From a virus (taxonomy: Duplodnaviria > Caudoviricetes): a stretch of 55,851 bases of DNA. The translations under genes were made by a program, and so were the position numbers. This document shows, one piece after another, positions 45,578 through 55,697 of this stretch (within the stretch, counting starts at the first letter, position 1; every line of letters starts with the position of its first letter). The DNA is taken from IMG/VR virus record IMGVR_UViG_3300020473_000001, positions 1 through 55,851 of that record. One strand, written 5' to 3'. The notes below the pieces were generated by a model. It made no database searches. It saw only the letters and a list, made by a program, of their open reading frames with translations, and was not told the origin of the DNA.

Positions 45578-47011
45578 ATGAGTTCGAAAACTAAGGTACA
45601 TCCTTTATATACTGCCATGCTTGAAGCGTGGAATAAGTGCAACGATGCTTTCATGGGATCAGATACGGTTAAGAGTAAGCGCGACACTTACTTACCACCA
45701 ACTTCTGGAATGCGTCAAGATGGGTTTGGAAAAGGCGATACTGCTGGTGAACAGTCTTATCAAGCTTATCTAACTCGTGCGTACTTTCCTGATGTCTTCG
45801 CTGAAGCTGTTGAAACCGCGATTGGTGTTATGCACCGCAAACCAGCTATTATTAATGTAACACCTAAGCTTGAGGTAATGCTAGAGCGTGCCTCCAGCAC
45901 TGGTGAAGATTTACAGATGCTTTTGCGGCGTATTAATGCGCTACAACTACGTTCAGGGCGGCTCGCTTTGCTTGGGGATATTGAGGTTGGTACTGATAAC
46001 TTACCGCGACCTACAATTAAAATTTACAGCGAGCGCTCGGCTTACAATTGGGACGAATGTAAACTTGCTTCCGGTGAAGGTTTAAGTTTGCGATTTGTGG
46101 CGCTGGATGAAAGCGGTTACGAACTTCAGACCAATTTTGAATGGGAGCACAAAGATAGAACCCGTTTGTTAGCTTTGATTAACCCCGAAACTAAACAACT
46201 AGCTGTTAAAGATGAAAACGGTGAGATACCTTCAAACGCTGTATACGGCTATGCTGAGCTTGAGGATAACGACGACTTTGCTAAAGCCCAGTATGATATT
46301 GTTAATGCGCAGGGTACAACCTTAGATCAAATTCCATTAGTTTTTATCAACAGTAAGGATTTAAATCCTTCACCTGATAAGCCACCGCTTGAGGGTTTGG
46401 CGGATTTAATGTTCACTATTTATCGAGGTGAAGCCGATTATCGCCAGCACATCTTTGAACAAAGCCAAGATACTTTAGTTCGCATTGGTGCAAATGGTGA
46501 CGAGGAAGAAGTTCGTATTGGTAGCGGTGCTCTCATTGACGTTCCAATTAATGGTGACGCCAAGTTCATAGGGGTTAATAGCCAAGGGCTTACCGAGCAG
46601 CGCACAGCACTTGAAAATGATTATAAGAAGGCTGAAGCTAAAAGCTCAAAATTAATGAGCCAAGCGGGTGAGGGTGCTGAAAGTGGTGAAGCCCTTAGAA
46701 TACGTGTGGCGGCACAAACCGCAACGCTACCGCAAATAGCTGAGGCGGGAGCTCAGGGTTTAACAACCGTACTTAAGCAGCTAGCCGTCTTGCTTGGTGA
46801 CAACCCCGACGATATTATCGTAACGCCCAATAAAGAATTTACGGATACTAGCGGTAATGCTCAAACTCTTACGGGAATTGTTACAGCTAAGTTCCAAGGC
46901 GCTCCAATTAGCGACGAAAGTATTCACGCTTGGATGGTTGAGAATAAGTTTACTTCAAAAACTTATGAGGAAGAGATTGCGCTTATTAACGCAGAGGAGC
47001 CTAGAGTATAA
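45578..47011 (+). CDS. Portal protein (DUF4055-like)
   Basis: After terL; HP.Y, YLP, Y.AYL.RA, KPPL..LA, ESGEAL. Confidence 0.88.
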   Translation: MSSKTKVHPLYTAMLEAWNKCNDAFMGSDTVKSKRDTYLPPTSGMRQDGFGKGDTAGEQSYQAYLTRAYFPDVFAEAVETAIGVMHRKPAIINVTPKLEVMLERASSTGEDLQMLLRRINALQLRSGRLALLGDIEVGTDNLPRPTIKIYSERSAYNWDECKLASGEGLSLRFVALDESGYELQTNFEWEHKDRTRLLALINPETKQLAVKDENGEIPSNAVYGYAELEDNDDFAKAQYDIVNAQGTTLDQIPLVFINSKDLNPSPDKPPLEGLADLMFTIYRGEADYRQHIFEQSQDTLVRIGANGDEEEVRIGSGALIDVPINGDAKFIGVNSQGLTEQRTALENDYKKAEAKSSKLMSQAGEGAESGEALRIRVAAQTATLPQIAEAGAQGLTTVLKQLAVLLGDNPDDIIVTPNKEFTDTSGNAQTLTGIVTAKFQGAPISDESIHAWMVENKFTSKTYEEEIALINAEEPRV

Positions 47012-47175
47012 TGCTTGAAGTTAAACGCCTTAAAGGTCAAGCCGCCGACAATGTAATTAAAGAAGTGGACGCGCACATTGAAAAGCGTAAAAAGGCGCTT
47101 AAGAATATGGGTGCAAAATCTTTTGAGGCCGTTTATGTTGACGGCCGAAAACCTCGGAGCTTAGTCAATGGCTAA
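47011..47175 (+). CDS. 54-aa basic protein coupled to the portal and MuF genes (not in the ORF track)
   Basis: MLEVKRLKGQAADNVIKEVDAHIEKRKKALKNMGAKSFEAVYVDGRKPRSLVNG; RBS gaggag; TAATG overlap. Confidence 0.7.
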   Translation: MLEVKRLKGQAADNVIKEVDAHIEKRKKALKNMGAKSFEAVYVDGRKPRSLVNG

Positions 47176-49048
47176 AGTTGAGATAGTAGATAAAGGTACT
47201 GATTGGACTGAAGGTTTAATTGAGGACATTTACCTACCGCTTATCGAAAAGTTAATGGGGCCGATTAGTGAGGCTAACACGCCCGAGGGTATTCCTGAAA
47301 AGATACAGAAGATGTTAGCCAAGGACTTTGCTAAGAACGCAGAATGGAAGATTACACTACAGGCTAACGAGCGTAATGCAAAGATACAAATAACTGGTCC
47401 TAATATTGGCTTTAGGCGCACCATTAGCCGCAGGCGTAATACGATAGTCCATGATTATTTCGAGTTAGGGCAAGCACTCCAGGGTAAAGGAATTGCAGAT
47501 TTAGTGCTTGGCAGTACGTTAGATTTATCAGAACGCACTGGTATCAGTAACGTTGAGCTAAACGCGAACCTGGATGTTGGCGGTTATGCGTGGTTACGTA
47601 AAGGCTTCTACCCTGACGATGGTAAAATAGACCTTTTACCAATAGCTGAGCGTTTTATGGAAAGGGATCCTGAACTTGGCCGGAAGCTTTATAACACTAT
47701 CAACGAATTGGATGATGACGCGTTAAAGCGTTATGTTCTTAGTGAAGACTTTAAACAATATAAGGACGCTTTCCTTGGTTCAAACTGGAATGGTAATGCT
47801 GACCTTAACGATGAAATAACACGGGTCGCATTCAAGGAGGGTGCAGGCCCAGCCAGCCGATTGGCAAAGCGAGGGTTAACTCCTCCGCAGACTGCAAACG
47901 AAAAGATACTTGATAAGTTCATACGCCATCAAACCTATCTGCAGCGCTTTTCCGCTGGCGCTACCAAGGAGGCTATCGAGTATTTTAAAGCCACTGAAGA
48001 CAAGCTACGAAAGGAGCTTCTGGCTTGGGCTGAAAAGTTTGAAGGTGTTGACCCAATCAGTAAAAAGGGTAAAGCCCTTATTAAAGAACTTGAAGCCCTT
48101 GTTGTAGATATTCGTAGTAATGCTTGGGAGGCTGTTGAGGAACAGGCCGATACGGTTTTTAAAGCCCTAGCAGCCACAGAGCAGGCCGCAACAATGGCAA
48201 CCATACAAGCCCCTTTCCCGGTATCGTTAGGCTTACAGGGGCTCCCACAAAGCACGCTATCAGCAATTGTAACTAGCAGGCCGTTCGAGGGGCGCACCCT
48301 TAATGAGTGGTTAGAGCGTAACAGAAATATTGACGTTGTAGGTATAACCCGAGCATGTAAAAACGCTATGCTTAACGGGCAAACCCCTACGCAAGCGGCG
48401 CGAGCGGCTATGGGCACTAGCTCGCTAGGTTATCGGGACGGAAAAGCCCGTAAAGCGTTTCACAACCTTGAATCTGTATATTTAACCGTTACCAATGGGA
48501 TTGGTAATGAGGTTAAACAACGAGTATATCAAGAAAATAGTGACATTATAAAGACTGAATTGTTTGTTGCAACTTTAGATATTAGAACGACAATTGAATG
48601 CGCTCGTAATGACGGTGAAACATTTACTTTAGGTAAAGGGCCAAAACCCCCTTTACACTTCCGTTGTCGCTCATTGCGTGTGCCTTACATTAACCCTGAT
48701 AACTTGGGTAACAGGGGTTATGATGCGTCAAATAATAAAGAGTTCTTACGTGAATTTGCACGTGAAAATAATCTTGGGACAATTACCAACTATTCACAAT
48801 TGCCAAGAGGTTATAAAGGTGCGTACAATAAATGGAGCCGTAAGCGTATTCGGCAGGAAGTTGGGCAAGTTCCAGCAACCACGTCATTCCAGAAATGGTT
48901 TGACAACCAAAGTTCAGAATTCCAACGTGAATATCTTGGGCCAGCTAGGTTCGAAATTTACCGTCAGCACGGGCTTAAGCTGGATAAATTCGTTACCCGT
49001 GACGGGTATGAATTGACGGTTGATCAACTTAATAAACTTGTATCTTAA
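47168..49048 (+). CDS. Minor head protein (MuF/SPP1 gp7-like) with an N-terminal GNAT-like domain
   Basis: C-terminal part has ATLD.RTT..C...DG and PPLHFRCRS; N-terminal part has QGKGIA and GGYAW.R.GF. Confidence 0.82.
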   Translation: MAKVEIVDKGTDWTEGLIEDIYLPLIEKLMGPISEANTPEGIPEKIQKMLAKDFAKNAEWKITLQANERNAKIQITGPNIGFRRTISRRRNTIVHDYFELGQALQGKGIADLVLGSTLDLSERTGISNVELNANLDVGGYAWLRKGFYPDDGKIDLLPIAERFMERDPELGRKLYNTINELDDDALKRYVLSEDFKQYKDAFLGSNWNGNADLNDEITRVAFKEGAGPASRLAKRGLTPPQTANEKILDKFIRHQTYLQRFSAGATKEAIEYFKATEDKLRKELLAWAEKFEGVDPISKKGKALIKELEALVVDIRSNAWEAVEEQADTVFKALAATEQAATMATIQAPFPVSLGLQGLPQSTLSAIVTSRPFEGRTLNEWLERNRNIDVVGITRACKNAMLNGQTPTQAARAAMGTSSLGYRDGKARKAFHNLESVYLTVTNGIGNEVKQRVYQENSDIIKTELFVATLDIRTTIECARNDGETFTLGKGPKPPLHFRCRSLRVPYINPDNLGNRGYDASNNKEFLREFARENNLGTITNYSQLPRGYKGAYNKWSRKRIRQEVGQVPATTSFQKWFDNQSSEFQREYLGPARFEIYRQHGLKLDKFVTRDGYELTVDQLNKLVS

Positions 49049-49070
49049 GCGCATGGGCGCGGGAGAAAAT

Positions 49071-49943
49071 ATGAAAACTAATATGCTTCGTTTAGCAATT
49101 GCATCCACCTTAATGTTATCTGCGCGTGCTGGTAACGACGACATCATGCTAGAAACTGCGTACGACAGTTTGGACAGCGTACCCGAACAGTTCCGTTCGT
49201 TATATGAGGAGCGTGAGGGTAAGGCGGTATTGTCTAAGGTTGTCGGTTTAAAGACTCAAGACGATATTAACCGCTTGCAGGAAGCGCTTAATAAAGAGCG
49301 TAATGACCACAAGCAAGTGAAGTCACAAATTGGCCGCTTGGGTGGTCGCGAGGTAGATGACATTCTTAAAGACCTAGACCGTATACCTGAGCTTGAGGCT
49401 GCGGCTAAGGGTGCTGACAATATTGACGAACGTGTTGCAGCTAAGTTGCAACAAGTTGAAGCACCTCTCAAGCGCGAGTTGCAGGATGCGCAGGGTAAAC
49501 TAGAGCAGTTGCAGCAACAAGTTGAGCAATACAAACAAAAAGAAACTGCGCGCAAAGTCACGGATAATGTGGTCAAATCTGCCACCGAAGCTAAAGCGTT
49601 ACCTGAAGCGACTGAAGACATTGCGTTTCTTGGACGTTCAATCTTCGAGGTCAACGATAATGGAGATGTGGTTGCAAAGTCGGATATTCCAGGTGTAACC
49701 CCAGGAATTAGCCCTGAAGTTTGGATTACCGAGCTTAAACGTAGCAAGCCGTACTATTGGCCCGCTTCGTCTGGTGCAGGCGGTCGCGGTAACAGTGGCG
49801 GTGACGGTGCTGGCACTAACCCGTTCAGTAAGGGTAACTGGAACCTAACTGAACAAGGTCGTTTGATTACTCAGGACCGTGCTAAGGCTGAGCAGTTAGC
49901 GAAACAGGCGGGTACACACATCGGCGGACCTAAACCCGAATAG
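49071..49943 (+). CDS. Head scaffolding protein
   Basis: Coiled coil; Y.S...VPE.F..LY, L.KER..H, GGG..NPF...WNLTEQ; precedes the capsid gene. Confidence 0.82.
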   Translation: MKTNMLRLAIASTLMLSARAGNDDIMLETAYDSLDSVPEQFRSLYEEREGKAVLSKVVGLKTQDDINRLQEALNKERNDHKQVKSQIGRLGGREVDDILKDLDRIPELEAAAKGADNIDERVAAKLQQVEAPLKRELQDAQGKLEQLQQQVEQYKQKETARKVTDNVVKSATEAKALPEATEDIAFLGRSIFEVNDNGDVVAKSDIPGVTPGISPEVWITELKRSKPYYWPASSGAGGRGNSGGDGAGTNPFSKGNWNLTEQGRLITQDRAKAEQLAKQAGTHIGGPKPE

Positions 49944-50111
49944 TATAATTCCAACTTATACTAATTCATATAGTATAAATTTGCAATAAACAATTAGATA
50001 TACTAACATAAATAGCGAAGTCAATGGTGGCTTCGCTATTTTCGTATAAGCTGGCGGTCATGGGATTCGCGGCAAGTTATTAATAAGCCATAATTCCAAA
50101 AGGAGCGACTG

Positions 50112-51206
50112 ATGGCTAAAAAGATTCTAGACCGCTTCGGTCTACCATTGCGCGCAGGCGCTGAAGGTATGACGAAAATTTCTGACGTCATTGTACCTGA
50201 AATTTTCAACCCTAACGTACAGCAAATCACCGAAGAAAAATCGCGCATTGTCCAATCTGGTGCGGTTGTACGTGACCCGCAGATCGACAACGAGCTTGCT
50301 GGCGGTGGTGTTACCTTCAATACACCTTCATACAAAGATCTTGACAACGTAGAAGAGAATATTTCTTCTGACGACCAAGGCGATAAGTATACAGGCGGAA
50401 CAAACGATTCTAAACCTCAGAAGACTGGTATGGCTAACGAAGTTAGCGTGCGCCTATCGCGTAACCAATCATGGTCAAGCGGCGACTTAACTGCTGCTTT
50501 ACAAGGTTCAGATCCTATGGACTCTATTGCGAGCCGAGTTGGTAACTATCGCGCTCTACGTATGCAAGCGGCGTTCATTGCCACAATGAAAGGTATCTTT
50601 GCTGATAACGATGCTGCCCCAACTTCGGGTGAGCACGTTCAAGGTGACTTAACCAACGATATTAAAGGTGCATCGGTTTCTGAAGCTACCAAGTTCAGTG
50701 CCCCTGCGTTCCTTGACGCTTGTGTAACTATGGGTGACAGTCAAGAAGACTTGGGCCTTGTAATGGTTCACTCAATCGTTTACAACCGTATGCAGAAACA
50801 AAACTTAATTGATTTTGTACCTGATGCACGCGGCGAAGTGCGTATTCCAACCTTCCTAGGACGCACGGTAGTAGTTGACGACAGTATGCCAAAATCAGGC
50901 GGTGTTTACGAAACTTGGATGTTCGGTGCTGGTGCGGTTCGCATTGGTATGGGTAATCCTAAGGTTCCAACCGAAACCAAGCGTGACCCTGATTCTGGTA
51001 ACGGTGCGGGTTCTGAAATCCTATACAACCGTTGGGAATGGTGTATCCACCCAACTGGTCACGCATTTGCTGTCGCTGCGTCAGGTGGTGGCCCTTCTAA
51101 TGCTGCTACAGCGGGCAACCTTGCCCATGCGGACAGCTGGAAGCGCGTATACTCAGAGCGTAAGCAGATCAAGATTGCACGCTTGATCACACGCGAGCAC
51201 GCTTAA
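50112..51206 (+). CDS. Major capsid protein
   Basis: T.ISDVIVPE.F, QSG, DPM..IA, MHS-like MVHS, G..VVVDD, HP.G; RBS aaggag; followed by a hairpin. Confidence 0.92.
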   Translation: MAKKILDRFGLPLRAGAEGMTKISDVIVPEIFNPNVQQITEEKSRIVQSGAVVRDPQIDNELAGGGVTFNTPSYKDLDNVEENISSDDQGDKYTGGTNDSKPQKTGMANEVSVRLSRNQSWSSGDLTAALQGSDPMDSIASRVGNYRALRMQAAFIATMKGIFADNDAAPTSGEHVQGDLTNDIKGASVSEATKFSAPAFLDACVTMGDSQEDLGLVMVHSIVYNRMQKQNLIDFVPDARGEVRIPTFLGRTVVVDDSMPKSGGVYETWMFGAGAVRIGMGNPKVPTETKRDPDSGNGAGSEILYNRWEWCIHPTGHAFAVAASGGGPSNAATAGNLAHADSWKRVYSERKQIKIARLITREHA

Positions 51207-51208
51207 TC

Positions 51209-51229
51209 TAAGGGGCTTCGGCCCCTTAA
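51209..51229 (+). terminator. Hairpin after the capsid gene
   Basis: taaggggc-ttcg-gcccctta. Confidence 0.65.
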
Positions 51230-51239
51230 GGATTTTAAA

Positions 51240-51686
51240 ATGACTTATACTAAGCATTTACGCCACAGACAGTACGAGCGTATACGGCACTCAAAGCAGT
51301 TTAAGCAATACCTGGAGCGCGAATCAATTCGCCTTGGTATTCCAGAAAACGAAGTTTTCGAAATGCTTAAAACGATGACGGCTGCTGAACTGGCTGAAAC
51401 TGTTCTGGCAAGTTTTGAGCTTGCCGCTACCGACCCTAATCCGGTGACGGCTGGGGCTACTATAGTTGTATTTATGCGTAACACCTTTCCTGAAGAGGAT
51501 GTTCAGGCTATTACTGGGGTAACTTGGAGTTGGCCTCCTGAAACTACAGTCGTGGAACGAAATCCGAGCTCAGACCAATATGAATATCGTAAAGGTTTTA
51601 AAGCGGTTGATAATGGTAGTTACACAGTTACGGCTGAGTGGATGGGCGTTACAAAGTCCGTGACAATCATTCCAAATATTAGATAA
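51240..51686 (+). CDS. Putative decoration protein with a C-terminal Ig-like domain
   Basis: VTWS...G.YTVTA...GV..SVTI pattern; follows the capsid gene. Confidence 0.55.
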   Translation: MTYTKHLRHRQYERIRHSKQFKQYLERESIRLGIPENEVFEMLKTMTAAELAETVLASFELAATDPNPVTAGATIVVFMRNTFPEEDVQAITGVTWSWPPETTVVERNPSSDQYEYRKGFKAVDNGSYTVTAEWMGVTKSVTIIPNIR

Positions 51687-51697
51687 CGGAGCTTAAT

Positions 51698-52252
51698 ATG
51701 AATTTAGCAAACGCATTGCAGTCGTTGGATGTTGAAAACGACGAGCATTGGACTCAGGACGGGCAGGCTCGACTTGACGTTCTTAAAGAAATGGTAGGCT
51801 CGCAGGTTACACGGGACGACATTAAAGAAGTTGCGCCCAAGTTTACGCGAGCTAATAATGTGGTCACTAGCGATAAACAGCCAGATAACCCTTTCGCCGA
51901 AGATGCTGGCAAAGCCGAAAAAGACTTAGAAGGCAAAAGCGTAGACGGCGGAGAGGAAGCGGGCGAAACAGTTGAAGTTAACGTTACGGATTACGATAGC
52001 GCCAAATCTGAATTGCAGGGGCAACTCGAAGAAGCTAAAGTTAAGTTAACTGAGGCGCAGAAGGTTTATGATTCTCTTGTTGCTGAAATGGATGCTTTGG
52101 TTGTTGAGGAAGAGCAAGCAAACGCGACTTCATTCAGTGAAGATGTTAAAGCCTTTCAGAAGCAGGAGCATGACGCTCGAGTTCGACAAATTGAACAGAC
52201 TGCGCAAATGAAGTTAATGCTGGAAGCCATTCAAAGCAAGCAAGCGCAGTAA
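51698..52252 (+). CDS. Virion-module hypothetical protein
   Basis: LD..NDEHWT.DG...L motif; acidic coiled coil. Confidence 0.7.
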   Translation: MNLANALQSLDVENDEHWTQDGQARLDVLKEMVGSQVTRDDIKEVAPKFTRANNVVTSDKQPDNPFAEDAGKAEKDLEGKSVDGGEEAGETVEVNVTDYDSAKSELQGQLEEAKVKLTEAQKVYDSLVAEMDALVVEEEQANATSFSEDVKAFQKQEHDARVRQIEQTAQMKLMLEAIQSKQAQ

Positions 52253-52274
52253 GGTTTCTTACTTGGGGAGTGAA

Positions 52275-52308
52275 AGGGCTTGCGCTATGCGTTAAGCCCT
52301 TTATTTTT
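52275..52308 (+). terminator. Rho-independent terminator
   Basis: aagggctt..gc..aagccc followed by tttatttttt. Confidence 0.55.
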
Positions 52309-52318
52309 GGAGGTTTAA

Positions 52319-52828
52319 ATGTTAGTTGAAGATGGTACTGGGGTTCCCAATGCAACCAGTTACGTGAATTTGGTCTTTGCTGACGATTATTTTGCAAAGA
52401 AGGGCGTTTCGGTTTGGGCTACGCTGACCGACGAGCGTAAAGAAGGTCTGTTGGAAAGCGGAACCAGATATTGTGACAGCAAATACGGGAGCAAGTTGCA
52501 AGGAGTGCCGTTAAATTTAGAGCAAGGGTTGGAATTTCCCCGTCATAACTTAACAGACCGTTATTCGCGCCCTATTACTGGTGTGCCGTTGGATGTCAAG
52601 ATTGCAGCATGTGAATATGCCTTGCTTGATTATAACGGGCAACTTTTCGTTTCGGGAACTTCGGTCGAGCCAGGATTAAAATCCAAGACGACTAAAGTTG
52701 GGCCGATTACCACTGCCAAGGAGTATCAAGATAGTTATGCACCTCAGACGTATGTTACTCATAGTTACCCCGACAGCTTGATGGCAACTTATGTCCAGAA
52801 GAAGTCTGGCGGCACAATTAGGAATTAA
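52319..52828 (+). CDS. Head-tail adaptor (DnaT-like family)
   Basis: VEDGTG...A.SY, Q.L.FPR, A.CEYAL, KVGPI. Confidence 0.8.
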   Translation: MLVEDGTGVPNATSYVNLVFADDYFAKKGVSVWATLTDERKEGLLESGTRYCDSKYGSKLQGVPLNLEQGLEFPRHNLTDRYSRPITGVPLDVKIAACEYALLDYNGQLFVSGTSVEPGLKSKTTKVGPITTAKEYQDSYAPQTYVTHSYPDSLMATYVQKKSGGTIRN

Positions 52829-52830
52829 GT

Positions 52831-53202
52831 ATGGCGAATTCGGATGCTTTTTATAATGAGATAGTTGCTGAAGTTGATGCCGTACTTCTTGAGTTGGGTA
52901 AATCTTACGATGTTATGGGGGAAGGTGTTTACAACAACACTACGCTGACCACAACAGACGGCCCTGTACGGCCTGTAACGGGTTTAGTTGCAGACCAGCA
53001 GACTAGCCTACAGATTGGGGCGATTTCGGGCAACACAGGGGATTACAGTTGGCTAGGTGCTAAGAATTTGCTGCTGAGCCCAAGCGCTAACCCGCAACCT
53101 GACGAGCGAATTAATGTGGACGGGGTTTGGTACGAACTCAACAACATTGTAGAGATAAAACCCGCCGACGTTGCTGTACTGTACATATTGGACATAAGCT
53201 AA
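52831..53202 (+). CDS. Head closure protein
   Basis: Synteny; ends IKPA...LY. Confidence 0.6.
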   Translation: MANSDAFYNEIVAEVDAVLLELGKSYDVMGEGVYNNTTLTTTDGPVRPVTGLVADQQTSLQIGAISGNTGDYSWLGAKNLLLSPSANPQPDERINVDGVWYELNNIVEIKPADVAVLYILDIS

Positions 53203-53600
53203 TGAGTTTTGGCGCTCAGTTAAAGAAGTTTAAAGTTAACACTATGGGCAGATACGTAAAGGTTAAACGTCAAAGCGCGTTTGACCTTTTCTCAGCTATT
53301 ATTATTGAAACTCCGGTTGATAAAGGGGTGCTCCGTAATAACTGGAACGTTAGCTTTAAAACACCTGACAATAGTACAACCGACCAAGCCGATAAATCTA
53401 ACGAGCCGATTGATCGTGTTGAGCGGCAACTGGAAGGTGTGGATGTTATTAACGACATATTCTTTAGTAACAATTTACCATATATAATCCCCATCGAATA
53501 TGAAGGATTGTCCGGTAAGGCTAAGCAAGGGGTGGTTCGGGTTAATACCGTTAGATGGCCTAATATTGTTCTTAACAACGTAAGGAATTTTAACACATGA
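53202..53600 (+). CDS. Neck/tail completion protein (HK97 gp10-like)
   Basis: TPVD.G.LR.NW and NNLPY...EY.G.S. Confidence 0.78.
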   Translation: MSFGAQLKKFKVNTMGRYVKVKRQSAFDLFSAIIIETPVDKGVLRNNWNVSFKTPDNSTTDQADKSNEPIDRVERQLEGVDVINDIFFSNNLPYIIPIEYEGLSGKAKQGVVRVNTVRWPNIVLNNVRNFNT

Positions 53601-54010
53601 GCCAGTTATATATCACTAAAGCCCTACAGGATGCAGTAATTGCGGCGGCTGGTAGCACCCCGCTAGAGCTACCTCAACAAACGCTAAATAAGTCACAGAA
53701 GGGTGGTTTATGGTTGAAACTCACGTTTATACGCGGGCAATCTACGGTTGCAACGTTGGGCGACCAAGGTGAGGACAATGCTCCAGGTATTGCTCAGATC
53801 GACGTATGTTATCCGAAAGGAAAAGGAGAGGGTGAAGTATTAGCAAAAGTTGATGATTTAGTTAAACTTTTTCCAGCTGGTAGTTCATTTACTTATGGGG
53901 GACAGTGGGTTAAGCTTTTAGGGGTAAGTGCTGGCGGCGAACGCACTGTAGCAGGCACTTATAAGATCAGTATTACACTCAGATATTACGCACGCTATAA
54001 GCGGCGCTAG
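53597..54010 (+). CDS. Tail terminator (DUF4128-like)
   Basis: G..QID...P...G; synteny. Confidence 0.7.
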   Translation: MSQLYITKALQDAVIAAAGSTPLELPQQTLNKSQKGGLWLKLTFIRGQSTVATLGDQGEDNAPGIAQIDVCYPKGKGEGEVLAKVDDLVKLFPAGSSFTYGGQWVKLLGVSAGGERTVAGTYKISITLRYYARYKRR

Positions 54011-54019
54011 GAGGAAATT

Positions 54020-54961
54020 ATGGCTGACGGTAGCCGTCATTCACTATACGCGGTTAAGGAGGATACTTACAATGTAACTCCAACTGACCCCGCGTTAGAA
54101 CTGGTACGCATCACGGGGACTACTTTAGGTCTTGCGAAAGACACATTGGAAAGCCAAGAAATTCGAAGTGACCGCCAAATCGCAGAAATGCGTATGGGTG
54201 CGAACCGTGTTGCGGGCGACATTAACTTTGAGTTAAGTTACACCACGTTTGATACACTGCTAGAGGCGGTTTTAATGTCCGCACCTTGGGAGGTGGATAC
54301 TCCGGTGGCAGGCACGGACCAGATTAAGTGTGGTCAGACACGTAACTCGTTCACTTTTGTCCGGAATTTCGCAGACCTTGCAACAAAGAGTTACTTTGTT
54401 TACACGGGTTGTGAAATTAACCAAATGACTTTGTCAATTCCAGCTAACAACATGATCACTGGAACGTTTTCGGTTGTTGGTGCTAGCCAGACGATTGTTA
54501 ACGACCTTAGTGCAATGGGTACGCCAACGTTTCCCCCTGCAACCACGACCGCAGCGCTTGATTCATTCACTGGGAACCTGAATGAAAATGGTACAACTAT
54601 TGCAGTTATTACCGAGATTCAGTTAACCCTTAATAATAATATCGAACCGCGTTATGTGGTAGGTCAAAAGAACTCAATTCGAAATTCAGTAGGACGCTCA
54701 AACCTTACTGGGCAGATTACTGCTTACTTCGAAGACGCCAGTTTGGTAGAGAAATTCATCAACGAAGTTGAAAGTGACATTGACTTCCAGCTGCCTGATC
54801 CCGATGGTAACGTGCAGAAGCACCGCTTACCACGTATTAAGTACACAGGCGGTCAACCTGACGTTACTTCTGAAGGGCCAATTACCCTAACGCTACCGTT
54901 CCAAGCGCTGCTAGACCCAGCAACCGGAACCAACTACTTAATTGAACGTACTCCTGCATAA
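54020..54961 (+). CDS. Major tail tube protein
   Basis: S.EIRSDRQ, GDINFELSY, G...AYFED; RBS aggagg. Confidence 0.88.
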   Translation: MADGSRHSLYAVKEDTYNVTPTDPALELVRITGTTLGLAKDTLESQEIRSDRQIAEMRMGANRVAGDINFELSYTTFDTLLEAVLMSAPWEVDTPVAGTDQIKCGQTRNSFTFVRNFADLATKSYFVYTGCEINQMTLSIPANNMITGTFSVVGASQTIVNDLSAMGTPTFPPATTTAALDSFTGNLNENGTTIAVITEIQLTLNNNIEPRYVVGQKNSIRNSVGRSNLTGQITAYFEDASLVEKFINEVESDIDFQLPDPDGNVQKHRLPRIKYTGGQPDVTSEGPITLTLPFQALLDPATGTNYLIERTPA

Positions 54962-54975
54962 TTAGGATAATAATA

Positions 54976-55374
54976 ATGAAAGAATTTTTTACCCGTCAAA
55001 AAGCTGAAGAAGGCGTAAGCCTGCCACTACAAACCCCGGATGGAAAAGACAGCGAGCATAAGTTAACCGTTCGCGGCGTAGATAGCGATGTTTATCGCCA
55101 AGCGGAGTTTGAAAGTAAGCGTAAGGCTGCTGAGATTGCACAAATTGAAGATTTGAAAGATCGCTATGCGGCAATGCGGGATGAGCAACGCCGCCTAGTG
55201 GCAGTTCTTATTATAGATTGGACTTTCGAAGCCGAATGTACAATGGAAAATAAAATTGAGTTCCTAACAAACGCTCCACAGATTGAAGATGTTGTGAACC
55301 GATTTGCAGGAACCCGCCAAGCTTTTTTCAGCAAAAGGTCGTCCAGCTCTACAAGTGGGCAGAAGCAGAAGTAA
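54976..55374 (+). CDS. Tail assembly chaperone (gpG-like)
   Basis: Between the tail tube and TMP genes; G.DSD; slippery site near its end. Confidence 0.82.
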   Translation: MKEFFTRQKAEEGVSLPLQTPDGKDSEHKLTVRGVDSDVYRQAEFESKRKAAEIAQIEDLKDRYAAMRDEQRRLVAVLIIDWTFEAECTMENKIEFLTNAPQIEDVVNRFAGTRQAFFSKRSSSSTSGQKQK

Positions 55375-55697
55375 AGCTTACGATTCCACCTAAAGGGTCT
55401 GACGCGCCACTTAAAGCCCATCTGGAACAGGTTTTTAAGTCTACGGGGGTTAAGCCTAAGCCATTGGCAGAGCAACCCCCAGTTCCTGAAGAGCTGGGCT
55501 ACTTGTTGGACGCTTTTATGGAGGTTAAGGGGGTTAACCCGTTAACTTACACGGAATTAAAAAGCTGGAGCGACCTTAACCGCATTCAGTTACTTCCATG
55601 GGAAGTAGATGTGATTACAACCCTGGACCGTATACAGTGGAGAATATTAAATGAGCGAAGAGTTAGCCAGACTCCGAATAAAGGTGGAAAGCCTTGA
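55323..55697 (+). CDS. Tail assembly chaperone extension (gpT-like), reached by a -1 frameshift at T TTT TTC
   Basis: The -1 frame is open from 55323 to the stop at 55697 (QQKVVQLYKWAE...TYTELKSW..L...LLPWEV...LD). Confidence 0.8.
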   Translation, partial: FFQQKVVQLYKWAEAEVKLTIPPKGSDAPLKAHLEQVFKSTGVKPKPLAEQPPVPEELGYLLDAFMEVKGVNPLTYTELKSWSDLNRIQLLPWEVDVITTLDRIQWRILNERRVSQTPNKGGKP

